The notes beneath the pieces were generated by a model. That model made no database searches. It was given only the letters and a program-made list of their open reading frames with translations, and was not told where the DNA came from. From the NCBI GenBank assembly GCA_037138355.1, contig JBAXIL010000012.1:1-42356 (forward strand): a stretch of DNA of 42,356 bases, in the 5' to 3' direction. The DNA is from a bacterium. Lineage in GTDB: Bacteria > Oederibacteriota > PGYV01 > Palsa-1178. The translations under genes and the position numbers were made by a program. The stretch's first letter is position 1; each line of letters opens with the position of its first letter. This document shows, in pieces, positions 38,114 to 42,356 of the stretch.

Positions 38114-38884
38114 TTAAATTTTATAAGTTAAATCATTTTCAAGAACTGTTATCTTGGAATGTTTGATTTTTTTCAGGTCTTTAATAATTTCTTTTTGATG
38201 CTGTGGTTTCAAATGATATGCATATATTTTTGGGACAATCGGAAGCATTTTCTTCAACTGATTTTCAAGAGTTTTCGGCGTAAGATGACATGTTTTTTCT
38301 GCTAAAAATTGAAGGCTATCAGGAAAAGTAACTTCAATAAAAGCCGCTTTCAATTTTTTTCCAAGTTTTTTTGCTTCAACCCATAACTCATCTGTAGCTT
38401 TTGTATCTCCGCTATATAGTATATATTCAGTACCTTTACCTATAAGAAAACCTATGGTGGGAATTGTGTGATTAACAGGTATTGCCATGACTTTATAGCC
38501 ACCTATCACCGTCCATTTATTTTGTTCAATAATAGAGTACTTAAATACCGGCTTTATACTTGGATTATTAATTTTAGAATAATCAGGCCAAGTCACACCG
38601 TTCATGAGATGCTGTTGCACAGCATTGATTGTATGTTGTGAGCCAAATATTTTTACACTCTCATTTTTATAATTGCTTATATTTACAGCATAAAATGGCA
38701 TTGCTCCAATATGATCAAGATGTGCATGCGATAGCAATATGTTTTTCACTGCCCTTTGTGCTTTCATATCAGCCGATAAGGCAACTGTTCCTGCGTCAAT
38801 AAGTAAATCACCATTCAAAAGAAAGGCAGTTAGTTTCTTTCCTGGTAATTGCCCGCCATTACAACCAAGAATCTTAATTTTCAT
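38114..38884 (-). CDS. MBL-fold class II 3',5'-cyclic-nucleotide phosphodiesterase
   Basis: LGC.GG, DAGT, HAHLDH (HxHxDH), N...WPD, V.HT.P, SGDT, E..FP, HLTP, YHLKP. Confidence 0.85.
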   Translation of the reverse strand: MKIKILGCNGGQLPGKKLTAFLLNGDLLIDAGTVALSADMKAQRAVKNILLSHAHLDHIGAMPFYAVNISNYKNESVKIFGSQHTINAVQQHLMNGVTWPDYSKINNPSIKPVFKYSIIEQNKWTVIGGYKVMAIPVNHTIPTIGFLIGKGTEYILYSGDTKATDELWVEAKKLGKKLKAAFIEVTFPDSLQFLAEKTCHLTPKTLENQLKKMLPIVPKIYAYHLKPQHQKEIIKDLKKIKHSKITVLENDLTYKI

Positions 38885-40586
38885 TTGTTTGGTCCTCCCT
38901 AAGCCCAGTCACATTAAAAAGCACTGTTGCCCCATTGCCTGTAATTTTTTGAAACTTTATTAAATTGATATACTTTTTCACATCTATTTCTGGTACCACT
39001 ATATATTTTTTCTTATCTAAAATTTCAGAAGCCCGCAACAATGAATAATTTTTATCTAATATCCCGAGGTCGTTCCCATTTTCAAAAATATACGCCTCTG
39101 TATTATGCAAAATAAGATTAAAATTAAGTTTAGAAAACTCTGCTCTTATTTCAAGAGCTATTTCTATCACATTTCTGGCTTTATTGCTTTCCTCAAGAAT
39201 CACTATCTCTATATCTCGATTATTGTGTCCTTTTATTATGAAATCTTTATGTTTTATATATATCAAATCCCGCACTTTCCCAAATGTTTGTTTAAGCTCT
39301 ATCGCATTTGGCTTCTCTTCTTCTTCGAAGTTCATATACATGACAAAGGTTTTAAACCAATTATTCTTCATTTGTATATCTTTATTTTTTAAGACAAACT
39401 GTTTTACTGAATCTGGGTGCATAAACCGAGAAAGACCACTTAGCCTGACATACCTATCAATAATAAGCTTACTTATCTTAAAGTAATATATTGTTATAAA
39501 AGCTAACAGATTTACAACGCTCATAAGTGTCAAATCAAGGTAACTATTATTTGACATAAACAGCACGCTTATTATGAAGAATATGCCTTCAGATACAATA
39601 AGAACAAGCAATCCGATCCAAAACTTAAACGACCTAAAGGCAGCTATTAATGCTATTAAAATTATGAAAATCCCTAAATAGTTCGCGAACGGATTATATC
39701 CTACATATTTGCCCTTCATAATACTGGCTGTCATTATCCCGAGTGAATACATAGTGACTTGGGATATTTCTTTATTTTTTGCAATAATAATTTTGTCATT
39801 TATCGAGAGATTATCAGCCTTAATAAATTCACTCAAAGTATAAACTTTTGGCTCTGTTTTAAGCCTGTGTATAATAATATCCCCGTTTTTCAACAGAGGA
39901 AAATCAATCACATCCCCTATTTTTATTCTACCATCCGTATAAGTCACCCTATCACGAGTAAATTTATAATATTTTCTTATTGCCTCTGCAGGAGCACAAA
40001 CCAAAACCGAATCTTTATACTTCATTAACACTGGTATTGTAAATGGTAAGAAATCATACTCCTCAAAAAAACTTGCTCCGTTCATCATATACCAAGCTTT
40101 CTTAGTTATTTCTTGTGCCGAAACATATTCTGTCAACTTCAATTTGATATTTTTCGAATCAAAATACGAATAAGCAGATAAATCATTTTGAGCTAATTGT
40201 TTTGAACCTCTTTCAATAAATGCCACTGGGATAATATTTTTTGACTCGGCTAAAGAAAATACAATATTTCTGTAATCATCTTTTGTTTTTTTAATTTCAT
40301 TGATATCAACACTATCCATGGGCTCATTAATTTTAATATTATATAGTTGAGGAAGAAAAAGAGCTACGGAATTTTCAAGGGTTTTCATGCGTGTGATAAA
40401 AGCAGAATAATCGGCAACAGAAAAGTCATCATTAACAAAGACAATATCCTGCATAGGTACTTCAGCAGTTGAGTGTTTTTGTACTTGGTTAAAAACAAAT
40501 GACTTAGCAGTCTCAGAATAACGAAAATATAATCCTACACAAATGGCTATCACAACGACAAAAATAAAGTGGGAGTATTTTCTCAT
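38874..40586 (-). CDS. Membrane protein resembling a degenerate CHASE2-adenylate/guanylate cyclase
   Basis: N-terminal TM, about 280-aa extracytoplasmic region, 3 TM helices, then LSRFMHPDSV linker and a cyclase-sized domain lacking clear catalytic motifs. Confidence 0.55.
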   Translation of the reverse strand: MRKYSHFIFVVVIAICVGLYFRYSETAKSFVFNQVQKHSTAEVPMQDIVFVNDDFSVADYSAFITRMKTLENSVALFLPQLYNIKINEPMDSVDINEIKKTKDDYRNIVFSLAESKNIIPVAFIERGSKQLAQNDLSAYSYFDSKNIKLKLTEYVSAQEITKKAWYMMNGASFFEEYDFLPFTIPVLMKYKDSVLVCAPAEAIRKYYKFTRDRVTYTDGRIKIGDVIDFPLLKNGDIIIHRLKTEPKVYTLSEFIKADNLSINDKIIIAKNKEISQVTMYSLGIMTASIMKGKYVGYNPFANYLGIFIILIALIAAFRSFKFWIGLLVLIVSEGIFFIISVLFMSNNSYLDLTLMSVVNLLAFITIYYFKISKLIIDRYVRLSGLSRFMHPDSVKQFVLKNKDIQMKNNWFKTFVMYMNFEEEEKPNAIELKQTFGKVRDLIYIKHKDFIIKGHNNRDIEIVILEESNKARNVIEIALEIRAEFSKLNFNLILHNTEAYIFENGNDLGILDKNYSLLRASEILDKKKYIVVPEIDVKKYINLIKFQKITGNGATVLFNVTGLREDQTNEN

Positions 40587-40714
40587 TATTTCTTAACTTT
40601 CAAGAAGGATTTTTTGTTTTTCTGATTATAATGGAATGTATTAATACTTACCATACTCAGGGATATATAATATTTTATTGAATATTGGATTATGATTTCA
40701 TTTTTGATTGTCAT
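40586..40714 (-). CDS. Putative 42-aa small protein
   Basis: AGGAGG 10 nt before ATG; open frame MTIKNEIIIQYSIKYYISLSMVSINTFHYNQKNKKSFLKVKK; TAA overlaps the next ATG (TAATG). Confidence 0.45.
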   Translation of the reverse strand: MTIKNEIIIQYSIKYYISLSMVSINTFHYNQKNKKSFLKVKK

Positions 40715-40807
40715 TTATAATCTTCCTCCTTAATAGGACTATTGAATAACAATCAATAATAACACAAATAAAATAAGGTGTAAATACGATTGTCAATTGG
40801 GGGGGGT

Positions 40808-41112
<305 letters not shown>

Positions 41113-41176
41113 GTTTATAATTGCTATATTCTAATCCCGATTTTTAAATATTTTACTTTCCGAAGTCGTCGTCAAC

Positions 41177-41252
41177 TGGTGGAGCAGATCGGGATCGAAC
41201 CGACGGCCTCGGCGTTGCGAACGCCGCGCTCTCCCAACTGAGCTACTGCCCC
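41177..41252 (-). tRNA. tRNA-Ala(CGC)
   Basis: GGGGCAG/CTGCTCC acceptor with G3:U70; anticodon arm CGGCG-TTCGCAA-CGCCG; GGTTCGATCCC; encoded CCA; 76 nt. Confidence 0.97.
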
Positions 41253-41265
41253 AACAACGGAACAA

Positions 41266-41294
41266 ATGATACATAATACCTGCTTTAATTGCAA
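41266..41294 (-). promoter_or_regulatory. Promoter of the tRNA pair
   Basis: Minus strand TTGCAA-17 nt-TATCAT, 13 nt before tRNA-Ala. Confidence 0.65.
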
Positions 41295-41375
41295 GAGTAA
41301 AATTTTCGAGTAATTATTTATTGGCTTTTTGCCATATATGGGTTTATACTATATTCACACATATGGAGGTGTTAT

Positions 41376-41651
41376 ATGATACATATTAAAGGCAAAGAAA
41401 TGGGCAAAGTTATGCTTTATACCTTAAGTACATGCATATGGTGCAAGAAAACAAAAGCCCTCTTAAAAGAAATTGGTGTGGCATATTCTTATGAAGATGT
41501 AGATTTATTGGAAGAGGCCGAAGATGAAAAAGCCACCAAGGAAATGGATAAGTTTTCAACAAATCCATCTTTTCCACTTATCATAATTGACAATAAAATG
41601 TTTCATATGGGTTTTGATGAAGAAATAATCAGAAAGAAGTTTTCTAAATGA
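41376..41651 (+). CDS. Glutaredoxin/NrdH-like protein
   Basis: [18 protein letters not shown] (CxxC), SFP.I.ID....GF. Confidence 0.9.
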   Translation: MIHIKGKEMGKVMLYTLSTCIWCKKTKALLKEIGVAYSYEDVDLLEEAEDEKATKEMDKFSTNPSFPLIIIDNKMFHMGFDEEIIRKKFSK

Positions 41652-42157
41652 AACCGCGCATTGAAATTGTTCAAGAAGAAATAGATAAGTTATTTGAAAG
41701 ATTGAACAAAGAAGCAATTTCTACTGGCTACCAATTAAATCCAGATACAGAATTCACAAAAGGACTAGTTGAAAGTTTGCTTGTTAATGAAAAAAGATAT
41801 GGCTATTGGAATTGTCCTTGCCGTCTGTCAACAATGAATAAACAAAAAGATTTAGATATTATTTGTCCGTGTGATTATCGCGATGCCGACTTAAACGAAT
41901 TTGGGGCTTGTTATTGTGCCCTTTATGTTTCAAAAAAAGTTATTTTAGGAGAAATAAAAGCCCATTCAATACCAGAAAGAAGACTACCAGAAAGCGAAAG
42001 AAACAAACAACAAGAAAACGCAGTGAAAGCATATACTTCCCTATCTCAACCAGTTTGGAGATGTAAAGTATGTGGGTATTTATGTGCAAGAGAATCCGCC
42101 CCAGAAACCTGCCCTATATGCAAAGCAACAAAAGATAGATTTGAAAGGTTTATGTAG
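41648..42157 (+). CDS. Ferredoxin:thioredoxin-reductase-like catalytic subunit with C-terminal rubredoxin-like domain
   Basis: CPCR, CPC, CYC motifs; W.CKVCGY...CPIC; ATGA overlap with the glutaredoxin. Confidence 0.92.
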   Translation: MKPRIEIVQEEIDKLFERLNKEAISTGYQLNPDTEFTKGLVESLLVNEKRYGYWNCPCRLSTMNKQKDLDIICPCDYRDADLNEFGACYCALYVSKKVILGEIKAHSIPERRLPESERNKQQENAVKAYTSLSQPVWRCKVCGYLCARESAPETCPICKATKDRFERFM

Positions 42158-42246
42158 GATTTGTATTTGAAATAATTAATTAGAATTTTTTTGAAGGTTA
42201 AAAATTTATTCTCTTCTTATTATATATCTTTCTTTTATTTCCTAAA

Positions 42247-42356
42247 TTATTTCATTCTTGATTTATCTACTATCTCCTACTTCTATTTCAAAAGTTATTT
42301 TATTCTTGATTTATCTACTATCTCCTACTTCTATTTCAAAAGTTATTTTATTCTTG
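42247..42356 (+). repeat. 48-bp tandem direct repeat, about 2.3 copies, running off the window end
   Basis: Unit attcttgatttatctactatctcctacttctatttcaaaagttatttt begins at 42254, 42302 and 42350. Confidence 0.9.

Noticed and set aside
42247..42356. Terminal repeat as a CRISPR array with an AT-rich leader
   Set aside because: The copies are head-to-tail and identical over the full 48 nt, so there are no spacers.

Overview
AT-rich bacterial chromosomal segment with dense, mostly minus-strand coding. It looks like a diderm candidate-phylum organism; Goldbacteria/Elusimicrobia-like is only a guess from gene style. Housekeeping blocks: partial rsmB; rimP-nusA-infB-rbfA-nrnA-ribF, with no truB; ileS-DUF5665-lspA-lgt-rluD; rimI; tRNA-Ala(CGC) and tRNA-Ser(GGA). 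Envelope blocks: (i) two PorV/PorQ-like beta-barrels interleaved with two secreted proteins ending in a T9SS-type (FlgD-Ig-like) C-terminal sorting domain, plus a GT2 and a flavoprotein; (ii) a glycosylation cluster (O-antigen-ligase-TPR, two GT4, two TPR proteins, WecA, UDP-galactopyranose-mutase-like flavoprotein) and a second ligase-TPR paralog; (iii) LpoB-like and COG3014 lipoproteins. Signalling and redox: a CBS-GGDEF cyclase, a degenerate CHASE2-cyclase coupled to a class II phosphodiesterase, and a glutaredoxin with an FTR-rubredoxin reductase. Best leads: a T9SS-like export/glycosylation system apparently outside Bacteroidota, a 9x11-aa His-rich repeat in IF2, a palindromic element fused to the tRNA-Ser 3' end, and an unannotated coupled 42-aa ORF. 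All family calls come from motif recognition by eye; no searches were run.
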